Positions 24,188 through 36,702 of a stretch of 64,000 nucleotides of DNA are shown piece after piece. The DNA is from Raja brachyura (Eukaryota): positions 29,140,001 to 29,204,000 of the forward strand of contig OY740807.1 of NCBI GenBank assembly GCA_963514005.1, given 5' to 3'. Positions within the stretch are counted from its first letter, which is position 1, and each line of letters begins with the position of its first letter. The translations under genes and the position numbers were made by a program. The notes under the pieces are model-generated. The model saw nothing but the letters and a program-made list of their open reading frames with translations. It did not search any database and was not told the DNA's origin.

Positions 24188-25917
24188 TAATCTGTTACAT
24201 CTCTGTGTGATTGAGGGCAAGATAACCATCAGGCAACCAACATGACATATTGTTGTGTAAATTGGCAGGACATACAATTCTGCCAGAAATATCTATGTAA
24301 GCTATGACTGAATGATTTATTATGAATGGGTTAGGTCACTTTGTCACTGTTTGTGTTGTTATATCTAGACTGTGGGACACAAAACATCTTGTGCTTGATT
24401 TCCACCAGCATGAACCTCATTAGCTCAGCCTTTGTAAAAAAGTTTATTGGAAAAAAAGTGAATTATTGTTGCCAGGTGCTTGCGCCATGTAGCTTACAGC
24501 ATTGGACATTGTTCGATCCAGATGTGTCGTATCACTAGAGTTGCGTGTTACATGTTTCTAGTATCATTGATTTTGCCATTCCTGTTGTATTATACCAATG
24601 GATACACTTAGATCCACTTATTTTTCACCATTGGATGCTGTTAGTGTCAAGTCTGGTAAAGCATTGGACTCTCCAATAAAAAAACATCACTGGTGCTGCC
24701 ATTTCATTGCACTATGCAACCTTGCATTGAATACTCTCACATCCATGTTTTTGCCTTCTAGATTTGTTGGTGCATTTGTTGATCTTGTAGTATTTTATAA
24801 ATGATTTTTGGCCACCTACTCTGGTCTTTGTATGTTTAAAACTGTTGGATTAAAGAAGTAATTTTAATCGCAGGCAGTAAACTGGCAAAGTGGTTTTGAT
24901 GCCCCTTGTAGAAACCAGCCATATGCAACTCAATGCACCATTAGCAAAGTTGAAATTGATCCCCTTTATATTTGGTCCCTTTACTCATTTATATCTGATC
25001 CCTTTACTCATTGCCTATGGCAATAAGACATTGACATAAGCTGCAAACCATTGCACAGCTTATGATTTGTGATTATAATTCAATGTCTGGCCTGCCTTTT
25101 CTAGATTTTTTCCACCCAATTTTGGTGGATAAAATCTTGTTAGATGTGCATAACAGTTCCACCGACACCATCAATCATAAACAACATATGATCGATTCCA
25201 AAGTAATGAATAGCTGAGGAATTAAGTCATGGAGAGAATTATTTATGCATGATATTGAATGTTGACCAATGTTTAGTCATTTGTTTAGACTTTCACACCT
25301 GCAATAATTAGTAAGCCATCGCTGACACTAGCTCAAAATTCATGGGAAGTATCCTTCAATTATTGTTCAATATCCATTTAGTAGACCGAATAGAATTGAA
25401 CTCGTGTGACTATTGAAGAACCAGATGGCCTGAGTTTATCTCTTGGATGAATGTATTATCTGGAGGATGAAATTATCAAAACCATTATTCCTCAACTTTC
25501 CAAAAATGTTGCTGTGGTTTCCACCATTATATTTGCCAAAATCTGAGTTTCCGTAATTTTATTTTGATGATTGGAAAAGTGCTGCCTGATGAACACAGGG
25601 GTGAAAGCCTGGCTCACTAAGACTGCGAGTCAACAATCCTCCAAAACCCATCACATTGATACAACATCAGGTCAAAGGTATACAAAGATTGAAGCTATTG
25701 AGCAAATCTAATGTTTCAAATCCTCCATTCCATATCCTCAAGCAGCCTTAATCATGCGCTACGGATACTTCAAATCTAACAAGGTTAATTCAATTACTTC
25801 CTTCATGAAGCTATGTGAACAAATGCAGACGTGGTAACAAATGCAGATAGGCTGCGCCAACTATAGTAACCTCCTGAACACTTTTGTCAAATCATTCTGA
25901 TGCAGTATAAGCGTAAA

Positions 25918-26050
25918 AGTCTGAAGAAGGGTCTCAACCTGAAACATCACCCATTCCTTCTCTCCAGAGTTGCTGCCTAACCCGTTGAATTACACCAGCA
26001 TTTTGTGTCTATCTTTGGTTAAAACCAGCATCTGCAGTTCCTTCCTACAC
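25918..26050 (+). mobile_element. Penelope terminal-repeat relic
   Basis: agtctgaagaagggtctcaacctgaaacatcacc...cagcatctgcagttccttcctacac. Confidence 0.75.
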
Positions 26051-26714
26051 ATTAAATCCTTACTCACTCTCTTTTGCAGCCAACTTGGCACTTTTGATAC
26101 ATTAGCCAATGTATCGTGTTTATTTCCACTTTAGTTTTCTGTCTGAAACCAATTGTCAATCCCCAACTCCGCGTGCTTGAATTTTGTTGACCAATTTCTT
26201 TAATGGGACTTTATTAAATGCTTTCCGAAAATCCCAAATCACCTCAGCCTTTGGTTCCTCAATTATTTTACTCATCAAATCCTCAAACAATTGTGGAGGA
26301 TAAAGTAAACATATTTTCCTTTCACAAGCCTATGTTGACATGGCTCAATCCAGTCTAGAGGAAGGATGAAATTCAAGCACGTGGAGTTGGGGATTGACAA
26401 TTGCAGATAGCACTGGTAGCCAGGATTTTACTCAAGTTGTTGGAGCTGTGAGCTGCAGGTCCACCAGTTACACCATTTATCACATTTCATATTGCGTTGA
26501 TGATCATTTCTGTTGACAAAAGTGCCCCGCTGCTACCTGCCTGCATTTGGCTGATATACCTCTAAACCTTATCCATATATCCAAATGCTGTTTAGATGTT
26601 GTTATTGTATCTGCCTCAACTGCAACATTCGTTCCACAGATGCACCATCCTCTGTTTGAAAAAATTGCCCCCCAGGTACCTATTAAATCTTTTCCCTCTC
26701 TCATTAAACTTATG

Positions 26715-28662
26715 AGGTGCGAGAGGGGTATAAAGAGTGTAAAAAGAATCTTAAGAAAGAAATTAGAAAAAGCTAAAAGAAGATATGAGGTTGCTTTGGC
26801 AAGAAAGGTGAAAGTAAACCCAAAGGGTTTCTACAGCTATATTAATAGCAAAAGGATAACGAGGGTTAAAATTGGACCATTAGAGAGCCAGAATGGACAG
26901 CTATCTGCAGAGCCAAAAGAGATGCGGGAGATATTGAACAATTTATTTTCTTCGGTATTCACCAAGGAGAAGGATACTGAACTCTATGAGGTAAGGGAAA
27001 AAAGTAGAGTAGCTATGGAAACTATGAGATTCAAAGAGGTGGAAATACTAACACTTTTGAAAAATATAAAAGTGGATAAGTCTCCAGGTCCTGACAGGAT
27101 CTTCCCTAGGACATTGAGGGAAGTTAGTGTAGAAATAGCAGGGGCTATGATGGAAATATTTCAAATGTCATTAGAAACGGGAATAGTGCCGGAGGATTGG
27201 CGTACTGCGCTTGTTGTTCCATTGTTTAAAAAGGTTTCAAAGAATAAACCTAGAAATTATAGATCTGTTAGTTTGACGTCAGTGGTGGGCAAATTAATGG
27301 AAAGGATACTTAGAGATAATATATATAAGCATCTGGATAAACAGGGTCTGATCAGGAACAGTCAACATGGATTTGTGCCTGGAAGGTCATGTTTGACAAA
27401 ACTTCTTGAATTTTTTGAAGAGGTTACTAGGGAAATTGATGAGGGTAAAGCAGTGGATGTTGTCTACATGGATTTCAGCAAGGCCATTGAAAAGGTTCCC
27501 CATGGAAGGTTGGTTAAGAAGGTTCAATCTTTGGGTGTTAATGGCGGAGTAGCAAGATGGATTCAACAGTGGCTGAATGGGAGATGACAGAGAGTAATGG
27601 TGGGTGGCTGTTTGTCAGGTTGGAAGCCGGTGACCAGTGGGGTGCCTCAGGAATCTGTGTTGGGTCCACTGTTGTTTGTCATGTACATCAATGATCTGGA
27701 TGATGGGGTGGAAAATTGGATAAGTAAGTATGCAGATGACACTAAGATAGGTGGTGTTGTGGATAATGAAGTCGATTTTCAAAGTCTACAGAGAGATTTG
27801 GGCTATTTGGAAGAGTGGGCTGAAAGATGGCAGATGGAGTTTAATGCTGATAAGTGTGAGGTGCTACATCTTGGCAGGACAAATCAAAATAGGACGTACA
27901 TGGTAAATGATAGGGAATTGAGGAATGCTGTGGAACAGAGGGATCTAGGAATAACTGTGCATAGTTCCCTGAAGGTGGAATCGCATGTAGATAGGGTAGT
28001 AAAGAAAGCTTTTGGTGTGCTGGCCTTTATAAATCAGAGCATTGAATATAGGAGTAGGGAAGTAATGTTAAAATTGTACAAGGCATCGGTAAGACCAATT
28101 CTGGAGTATGGTGTACAATTTTGGTCGCCTAATTATAGGAAGGATGTCAACAAAATAGAGAGAGTACAGAGGAGATTTATTAGAATGTTGCCTGTGTTCC
28201 AGCAACTAAGTTACAGAGAAAGGTTGAACAAGTTAGGTCTTTATTCTTTGGAGCGCAGAAGGTTAAGGGGGGACTTGATTAAGGGGGGACTTGATTGAGG
28301 TCTTTAAAATGATGAAAGGGATAGACAGAGTTGACGTGGATAAGCTTTTCCCATTGAGGGTAGGGAAGATTCAAACAAGAGGGCATTACATGAGAATTAA
28401 GGGACAGAAGTTTAGGGGTAACATGAGGGGGAACTTCTTTACTCAGAGAGTGGTGGCTGTGTGGAATGAGCTTCCAGCAGGAGGATCGATTTTAACATTT
28501 AAAAGTGGATAGGTATATGGACGGGAAGGGAATGGAGGGGTATGGTCTGAGTGCAGGTAGATGGGACTAGGGGAAAATAAAATGTTCGGCTCAGACTGGA
28601 AGGGCCGAGAAGGCCTGTTTCCGTGCTGTATTGTTATATGGTTATATGGTTTTATGGTTATG
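26715..28662 (+). mobile_element. Young 5'-truncated CR1 LINE (RT region) nested in an older - strand CR1 (about 26530-28770)
   Basis: ORFs 26547..27587, 27597..28298 and 28291..28512 carry KSPGPD, SQHGF, YMDFSKA, VPQESVLGP, YADD; one stop, a 16-bp tandem duplication frameshift near 28264-28295, (ttatatgg)n tail, ttatg at both junctions. Confidence 0.92.
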
Positions 28663-28916
28663 TCCTCTGATTCTGGATTCCCCTACTCTGCATAAAAGAC
28701 TCTTGGTGCATTCACCTTATCAATTCCCCATTGAGGTTTAATACATCTCTTTGAGATTACTCCTCAGCCCTGTGTCAGATAACCCATCCCCATTTTCCCT
28801 CATGTCCATTGTACCATAATCCTTTAAGATCTGATGAATTTTGCAGTCGTCATCATGAATATGAACGCAACGCAGCAGCTGCAAATCTGCTGGCATCTAC
28901 CATTGGGAATGACATA

Positions 28917-30527
28917 GAGTGGCTTGCAGAAGTTTTCATACCCCTTGAACGTTTCCACATTTTGTCACGTTACAATCACAAACGTAAACATATTTTATTG
29001 GGATTTTATGTGATAGACCAACACAAAGTGGTGCATAATTGTGAAGTGGAAGGAAAATGATACATGGTTTTCAGATTTTATTACAAATAAAAAACTGAAA
29101 AGTGTTGCGTGCAAAAGTATTCAGCCCCCCTGAGACAATACTTTGTAGAACCACCTTTCGCTGCAATTACAGCTGCAAGTCTTTTGGTGTATGTCTCTAC
29201 CAGCTTTGCACATCTAGAGACTGAACTTTTTGTCCATTCTTCTTTGCAAAATAGGTCAAGCTCAGTCAGATTGGATGGAGAGCATCTGTGAACAGCAATT
29301 TTAAAGTCTTGCCAGAGATTCTCAACTGGATTTAGCTCTGGACTTTGACTGGGCCATTCTAACACATGAATGTGCTTTGATCTAAACCATTCCATTGTAG
29401 CTCTGGCTGTATGTTTAGGGTCGTTGTCCTGCTGGAAGGTGAACCTCCGCCCCAGTCTCAAGTCTTTTGCAGACTCTAACAGGTTTTCTTCCAAGATTGC
29501 CCCGTATTTGGCTCCATCCTTCTTCCCATCAACTCTGTCCAGCTTCCCTGTCCCTGCTGAAGAAAAGCATCCCCACAGCATGATGCTGTCACCACCATGT
29601 TTCACAGTGTGGATGGTGTGTTCAGGGTGATGTGCAGTGTTAGTTTTCCGCCACTCATAGCGTTTTGCATTTAGGCCAAAAACTTCAATTTTGGTCTCAA
29701 CAGACCAGAGCACCTTCCTCCACATGTTTGCTCTGTCCCCCACATGGCTTGTGGCAAACTGCAATGAGACTTCTTATGGCTTTGTTTCAACAATGGCTTT
29801 TTTCTTGCCACTCTTCCATAAAGGCCCAATTTGTGGAGTGCGCAACTAATAGTTGTCCTGTAGACAGATTCTCCCACCTGAGCTGTGGATCTCTGCAGCT
29901 CCTCCAGAGTTACCATGAGCCTCTTGGCTGCTTCTCTGATCAATGCTCTCCTTGCCCGGCCTGTCAGTTTAGGTGGACGGCCATGTCTTGGTAGGTTTGC
30001 AGTTGTGTCATACTCTTTCCATTTTCAGATGATGGATTGAACAGTGCTCTGTGAGATGTTCAAAGCTTGGGATATTATTTTATAACTTAACCCTGCTTTA
30101 AACTTCACCACAACTTTATCACCTGTCTGGTGTGTTCCTTGGGCTTCATGATGCTGTTTGTTCACTAATGTTCTCTAACAAACCTCTGAGGCCTTCACAG
30201 AACAGCTGTATTTATACTGAGATTAGATTACACACAAGTGGACTCTATTTACTAATTACATGACTTCTGAAGACAATTAGTTGCACTGGATTGTATTTAG
30301 GGGTATCAGAGTAAAGGGGGCTGAATATTTTTGAACGCCACACTTTTCATTTTTTTATTTGTAAAAAAATTTGAAAACCATGTATCATTTTCCTTCCACT
30401 TCACAATTATGTGCCACTTTGTGTTGGTCTATCACATAAAATCCCAATAAAATACATTTACGTTTGTGGTTGTAACGTGACAAAATGTGGAAAAGTTCAG
30501 GGGTATGAAAACTTTTGCAAGCCACTG
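28917..30527 (-). mobile_element. Full-length inactive Tc1 (long IR/DR-type TIRs)
   Basis: About 210-bp TIRs (g/c)agtggcttgca.aagt flanked by TA; transposase from ATG 30149 with frameshifts, WSVETK (catalytic D to V), QQDNDPKH, SPELNPVE, lost stop after GGSTKY. Confidence 0.93.
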
Positions 30528-30590
30528 TAGATAGAACTTACCTGTATGATTCAGAAAGCAAACCCTCCCAGTGAATGTTATGGAATGTTA

Positions 30591-31363
30591 CAGCATATAA
30601 TCCTCCAACATTTTCGTCATCTCCAATGGGATCCCACTACTAGCCACATCTTCCCATCTCCACCCCTTTCTGCTTTCTGCAGAGACCATTCCCTCCGCAA
30701 CTCCCTGGTCAACCCGTCCCGTCCAACCCAAACCATCACCTCCCCAGGTACTTTCCCCTGCAACTGCAGGACATGCAATCTGTCCCTTTACCTCCCCCCT
30801 CGACTCCATCCAAGGACCCCAACAGTTTTTTAATGTGAGGCAGAGGTTCATGTGCACCTACTCCAACCTCAACCACTGTATCCGCTGTTCCAGGTGTCAA
30901 CTTCTGTACATCGACGAGACCAAGTGCAGACTCGGCAATCGTTTTGCTAAACACCTCTGCTCAGTCCGCCCTTGATCTACCTGATCTCCTGGTTGCCCAG
31001 CACTTTAACTTCTCCTCCCATTCTCAATCTGACCTTTCTGTCCTGGGCCTTCTTCATTGTCAGAGTGAGGCCCAGCGCAAATTGGAGGAACAGCACCTCA
31101 TATCTCTCTTGGGTAACTTACACTCCAGCGGCATGTACATTGACTTCTCTAACTTCAAATAACCCTTGTTTTCCTTCTCTCTCCATCCCCTCCCCTTCCC
31201 AGTTCTCCCACCAGTCTTACTGTCTCCGACTATGTTCTATCTCTGCCCCGCCCACTCACCTGACATCAGTCTGAAGAAGGGTCTCGACCCGATACATCAC
31301 CCATTCCTTCTCTGCAGAGGTGCTGCCTGTCCCCCTGAGTTACTCCACTATTTTGTGTCTACC
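30591..31363 (+). mobile_element. 5'-truncated Penelope-like element (GIY-YIG endonuclease region plus terminal repeat)
   Basis: PGTFPCNCRTC and CIRCSRCQLLYIDETKCRLGNRFAKHL; terminal repeat at 31268 has the hammerhead GAAA changed to GATA. Confidence 0.85.
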
Positions 31364-31429
31364 AGTGAACGTTTTGCCTGGTTCTCATCAATTTCCCAAT
31401 TTCATGCAACTCAATGCACAAAAAAAGGT

Positions 31430-31850
31430 ACGGGAAGGATTTGGAGGCTTTGGACAGCGTGGAATAGTGGTTTACCAGAATGATGCCTGAGTTAGAGAGT
31501 ATTAGCTGTAAGGAGAGATTGGACAAACCTGGATTATTTTCTCTGGAACGTCAAAGGCTGAAGGGAGATAAAATGACAAGACACATAGACATGGTGGACA
31601 GTCAGAACCTTTTTATACCAGGTCAAAAAAGCCTAACAAGGTATGGATTTGTCAGATGGGCAAAGTTGAAAGGAGATGTGCGTGGCAAGTTTTATGCAGA
31701 GAGAGGTCGGTGCCTAAAACATAATGCTAGGTGTGTTGGAAGCAGATACAATAATCACATTTAAGAGCCTTTTCATATAGACATATGGATATGTAGGGAA
31801 TTGAGGGATTTAAATCATGTGCAGGCAGAGGAGATTAATTTCCAGGCATA
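31430..31850 (+). mobile_element. Old CR1 3' fragment just upstream of the gene B promoter
   Basis: ERLDKPGLFSLERQRLKGD. Confidence 0.75.
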
Positions 31851-31967
31851 CATTATTATATTTATTATTAATCTCTTGACACTATTATTATTTTCGATTT
31901 GAATGATCTCCAACTGCAGTTGTTATATGGTGTTTTACTTTAGAAGTGAACAATTCTTTAAAGCGAA

Positions 31968-32228
31968 TGACAGAGAGTGATTGATTGTGGTCATTGCCTG
32001 GCATTGTGTAGACCCATATAACTCACTGCATGGTGACATGCCAGAAAGGGACCTGCTGTGCAAATTGAAGGAGGGGCTAATCTATTTAAAAGGCTGAGCT
32101 TCTGCAACATGTTCAGAGAGATTCTGAAAGCCTGAGGTGAGTGACAGTCTGTCTCCCAGTCTGGGGGATGTCCAGATCACTATCTGACAAACTTCAGGCC
32201 CTTCATTTATCGACACTAAAAATCAGGG
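31968..32228 (+). promoter_or_regulatory. Gene B promoter, short non-coding exon 1 and start of intron 1
   Basis: Octamer variant GTGCAAAT (32058-32065), TATTTAAAA (32083-32091), donor gag|gtgagt after 32136; inverted near-copy of 10736-10998. Confidence 0.75.
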
Positions 32229-32507
32229 AGAAAGCTGGGATCATGGCAAAGGAAGCAAGAGTTGTGATATTTTAAAAGTAATATTGGATTGGGTTAGGGG
32301 AAAGACAACCTGAAAATCACAGAACTGAGATTAATGATTTGGAGTAAGGAAATAACGTAACATAAAATTGCTGGTCTATGAAAGTGGTCAGAGTATGGTC
32401 TGAGCGCATATTAATTTCCATTATACAGCATAGGTGAATGATTGGTAATTCCAAATCTGTTGTACAATTATCAGCCTAAAGCATGTACTGAACTTGTTTC
32501 TTTCAGA

Positions 32508-32580
32508 ATGGTGCCCATGTGGTGGTTGGGCTTGTGCCTTGCTGGACTTTTCCTCCCTCAGACTTATGGAGTTCCGGCAG
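32508..32580 (+). CDS. Gene B first coding exon: signal peptide
   Basis: ttgtttctttcag|aATG, then MVPMWWLGLCLAGLFLPQTYGVPA-G|gtaaga; hydrophobic core. Confidence 0.88.
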
Positions 32581-32886
32581 GTAAGAGACTATTCAAAATT
32601 CCCCAGTTCCAGTTAAGTCTCATGGAGTAGAAACATCCGCATACAACTTACCACAAGCAGAATTGCTTGGAGTTGAATAGATCCATGAGATCCCATGTAG
32701 ACTTCCTAGCAATCAGAATTAAAAACAATATGTAGCAACCATAATCTGAATACAGTGGCAATAACAAATTTATAGTATTTGGACTATAGTACGTAAATTT
32801 ACAATCATGCATGCATGCATTAAGTATTTATACATATTGAGCTTGTTCATATTTCTGAGTTTTTATCCATGATCAATTAAGCATAT

Positions 32887-33205
32887 GGCAGCACAATGGG
32901 GCTTTTGTAGAGCTGCTGCCTCACAGCGCCACAGACCTCGGATTAATCCTGACCTCAGGTGCAATCTGTGTGGACTTTGCACCTTCTCCCTGCGACCATG
33001 TGGGTTTCCTCTGGGTGCTCCGGTTTCCTCCCACATCCAAAAGACGTTCGGTTTTGTACGTTCAATGGCCTCTGTTAATTGGCTCTAGTGCGTAGGGAGT
33101 GGGTGTGAAAGTTGCATAACAGAACTTGTGTAAATGGGTGATCAGTGGTTGACGCGGTCTCAATGGACTGAATGGCCTGTTTCCATGTTGTATCTTTCAT
33201 TCAAT
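32887..33205 (+). mobile_element. tRNA-derived SINE in a gene B intron
   Basis: ggcagcaca..gtagagctgctgcctcacagcgcc..tgggtttcc..ggtgctccggtttcctcccaca; CR1-like tail. Confidence 0.8.
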
Positions 33206-33905
33206 CAATATGTAGGTTTTAAAAATATGCACTGAATTCCTCCACTGAAGTTTTTAAATTTCCTCAACAGCAAATAAATAGACTAACTTAGTGGAAGTTA
33301 AAGAAGGAAATTATTTTCAGAACATTCTTTTGGAGCAATACAAATCTGTTTCTTTTCAATGGCAATTGAACAATACTCATATATACTATAATAAATTTGA
33401 AGATTATTTGAAAGCTATATTCATGAAACCTCCAACTTCTTACCTGTTGGGAAATCAGTGAAATCTGGGGAGGGTTTCTGCAATGAAACTGAGTCGCAAT
33501 GATATGTTGTGTCCTAGGATTCACTTGGAGTCAGTGCATGTTCACTGCCCGAACAAGCCATCCCACTGATGATGTGTGGTAGTGCAGTTTAGGCGTCTGT
33601 TCTTCTGTGTTATTGTTGATTTTTTTGCCAATGTTGAATAGTACAAGCAAAGGGGAGCCACATAATGTTATCGACTACTTGTTTTTTGCTAAAAAAAAAA
33701 AAGAACAACCACTGTCAAATTCATGAAGTCTACGCAACCAGTGATAAATAGTCTGGGTGAAATGTGCTTTTGAGATTGGGACTGAACATGTGCTTTATAG
33801 TCGAATTCTATATTCAGTCATTTAAGTCCTGACTAGCCAGTAAATTATTGATCAGAAGTACAAATGAAGACACCAGTATAAGATACGTCTCTGTTGTATT
33901 TGTAG

Positions 33906-33978
33906 ATTCTGAAAATGCCATGGCAGATATACAGGATTCCATTTTTCTAGGGCAAAGAGACTACCTCTATGGTGACAA
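33906..33978 (+). CDS. Gene B acidic pro-region exon (73 nt, phase 1-2)
   Basis: Acceptor ctgttgtatttgtag, donor gtaagt. Reads (D)SENAMADIQDSIFLGQRDYLYGD(N) and keeps frame between flanking exons. Confidence 0.8.
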
Positions 33979-34339
33979 GTAAGTCTTTCCCTCCGTTACC
34001 TTGTATTCACATTCACCTGTTTGGAAATGGAAACACTCCGAGTAACAAATTGAGACTTCACTAAATTTAGTCAGTCACTTTGGAGCTGCAGGCAAATCAT
34101 CTTTGGATGCAATTAAACAGAGACCGTGTATGAAGGAGATAATGGCCTGATTTTGCAATGAATAGACTTAATTTTAGTTTATATCATGGTTTAGATCAAC
34201 TCTTGGTACAATACCATATCTGACTATAGACAGCCTCCACAAACAGACATGCCTTTCAAGGTACCATCACTGGTTTGAGTCCATTGCAACAATCCTCACC
34301 TGTTTGATAAAGCAATAATGAATTGCTTTAAAGCAATAA

Positions 34340-34857
34340 TGCCATAGAGGGGGTTCAGAGAAGGTTCACCAGACTGATTCTTGGGATGTCGGGACTTTCA
34401 TATGAAGAAAGAATGGATAGACTCGGCTTGTACTCACTGGAATTTAGAAGATTGAGGGGGGACCTTTTAGAAACTTACAAAATTCTTAAGGGGTTGGACA
34501 AGCTAGATGCAGGAAGATTGTTTCTGATGTTGGGGGAGTCCAGAACAAGGGGTCACAGTCTAAGGATAAGGGGGAATTCCTTTAGGACCGAGATGAGGAA
34601 AACATTCTTTACACAGAGAGTGGTGAGTCTCTGGAATTCTCTGCCACAGAAGGTAGTTGAGGCCAGTTCATTGGCTATATTCAAGAGGGAGTTGGATGTG
34701 GCTCTTGTGGCTAAAGGGATCAGGGGGTATGGAGAGAAGGCAGGTACGGGATACTGAGTTGGATGATCGGCCATGATCATATTGAATGGAGGTGCAGGCA
34801 CGAAGGGCCGAATGGCCTACTCCTGCATCTATTTTTCTATGTTTCTATGTTTCTATG
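34340..34857 (+). mobile_element. HER1/CR1 3' fragment in a gene B intron
   Basis: ORF 34386..34757 GLYSLEFRRLRGDL...FFTQRVVSLWNSLP; (ttctatgt)n tail. Confidence 0.9.
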
Positions 34858-35218
34858 AATTAGCATGAGTTTGGCCTAATTAGTAACCAGTTATTCTAAA
34901 CATTTCTCTTTTTGACTCCTTTAAAAAATGATTAAATTAATTTAGCATTTTGTCCAACTTATGTTTTTAAGCTAATAATGATATTGATTTTTTTGAAGAA
35001 TGCAATAAATCTGTATTATTGCTCTTATGTACATTTGTGCTTGAATCATCTGATGACAGCAGTTTAAATCCAGCTATAAATAAATTGAAATGTTTTGCCT
35101 CATTTAGAAAATAAATTGAATTGTCAAAAGATCAGTAATAAAAAACATGCTTGTCAAGAGTTCCTCTACAATAATATTATTGTCGTTCCTTCATCCAATT
35201 CCTTCTTTATTTGTCTAG

Positions 35219-35274
35219 CTCTGGAGTCCAAAATTCAGAGAATCTCGATGCCAATGATCTCCAAAAGCGTGATT
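35219..35274 (+). CDS. Gene B pro-region exon ending LQKRD (56 nt, phase 2-1)
   Basis: Acceptor ccttctttatttgtctag, donor gtgagt; reads SGVQNSENLDANDLQKRD(Y). Confidence 0.85.
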
Positions 35275-35873
35275 GTGAGTTTAAAATGAACATTACTTAC
35301 AATCCAGGATCTGTGGGGGTTGGAGAGGGATGGGAAAAGGAATAATGTGCGAGGGATGCCTAAACCCATTACTGAGATGCTGACTGCGTGAATACAATGT
35401 CCAAACCATGTATTTTAAATAACTGATCCTATCTCCAATGGTGTACGCTGCTCATTCCACCTAAAGCATTAGAACAGGTGGCAGTATGGTCCCTTAAATC
35501 AGAGGTTAACATCTTTATTCTACTATAATTATTGGAATAATATGCTTCCAGATATCTAAATACCTGCATGACAATTAATTCTGCAAAACACCACAGTGCA
35601 CAATATAAACCCAGTATCATTAGTGTTTTACAAATCCCAGCACCATTTTATTTCCTCATTCTATGCCCACCTGCACAGGCAAAAATATTTTTGCATTAAT
35701 TCTTATGTAAGCTTCAGGGAAGATAAATAATATTCATAAGGGCATGGGATACAAAGTGTTCAATATTTATAGCTGCGTGGATTTGGAGTTTAATACTCAT
35801 AAGAAGTGGGATACCGGGAATTTAGGATTATTTAAGTATATTTGTTTAAATCTAATTTTACTTTTAATCTCAG

Positions 35874-36032
35874 ATAAAATGTGCGGCACTGTTCCCATGG
35901 TTGCACATGGATCCTGCAAGGTTGTGCAGAGAAAAGCCTACTACACTTGTAAAAAAGGATATGCAGTACTAGGAGGGGATTCTATCTACTGTGATTCACA
36001 AGGTCGATGGAGCCAAGCACCACTCTGTCTGC
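35874..36032 (+). CDS. Gene B sushi/CCP exon (159 nt, phase 1-1)
   Basis: Acceptor cttttaatctcag, donor gtaagt. Reads KMCGTVPMVAHGSCKVVQRKAYYTCKKGYAVLGGDSIYCDSQGRWSQAPLCL, CCP consensus. Confidence 0.9.
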
Positions 36033-36702
36033 GTAAGTCCATTAATGTTAAAGTTTCAAGAACCTGGTACTTAACTTTCCCATTGAATATAATCCATTTC
36101 TTATTGCAGCTTTACAGTATCTCTGGTAGGCTTCATCAAATATTCCAGTATCAAACAAACCAACTGCTAAGCCTGTCAGCAATATATGTCCATGTTAATT
36201 GTGGTAGCAGTTCCTGACAAAAAGTCAAATGGGTTTAGGTTTATATTGTCACCTGTACTGAGGTACAGTGAAAACCTTAACAGTTCCAGAGGCAAAGTCC
36301 AATGTCTGCAATGATGTCGGCTAAAGGTTAAAAGTATATATATTTAACAGAAATGTTGTGCAATTTGAAAAAATACATATACTTTTAACCTTGAGTCTTT
36401 CTGAGTCAAGTTGTCATCTATTTGTTAAGAATCAATTCTTGACAGGCAATTCAGGACAGATTTTCTGATGGGGGACTTCTTGATCTAAAGTACCCTTTTT
36501 GTTAGCTCAATAACACCACACAGTGGCTAAAGTATTGCTATATACACATCTTATCATAATACATGCCAGTTAATGCAGTAATACATTAACTGCTTCACCT
36601 TACAAGAATCTTAATGTTGTACTCATTTTTTAGAAGAAAATATATTGGTTTATTAAATTAAAATGTCAGTAATTTTAATCAAACTTTGAATGTTGTTTCT
36701 AG

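Noticed and set aside
35744-36217. 157-aa ORF as a stand-alone gene
   Set aside because: Only 35874-36032 is exon; the flanks are open intron sequence.
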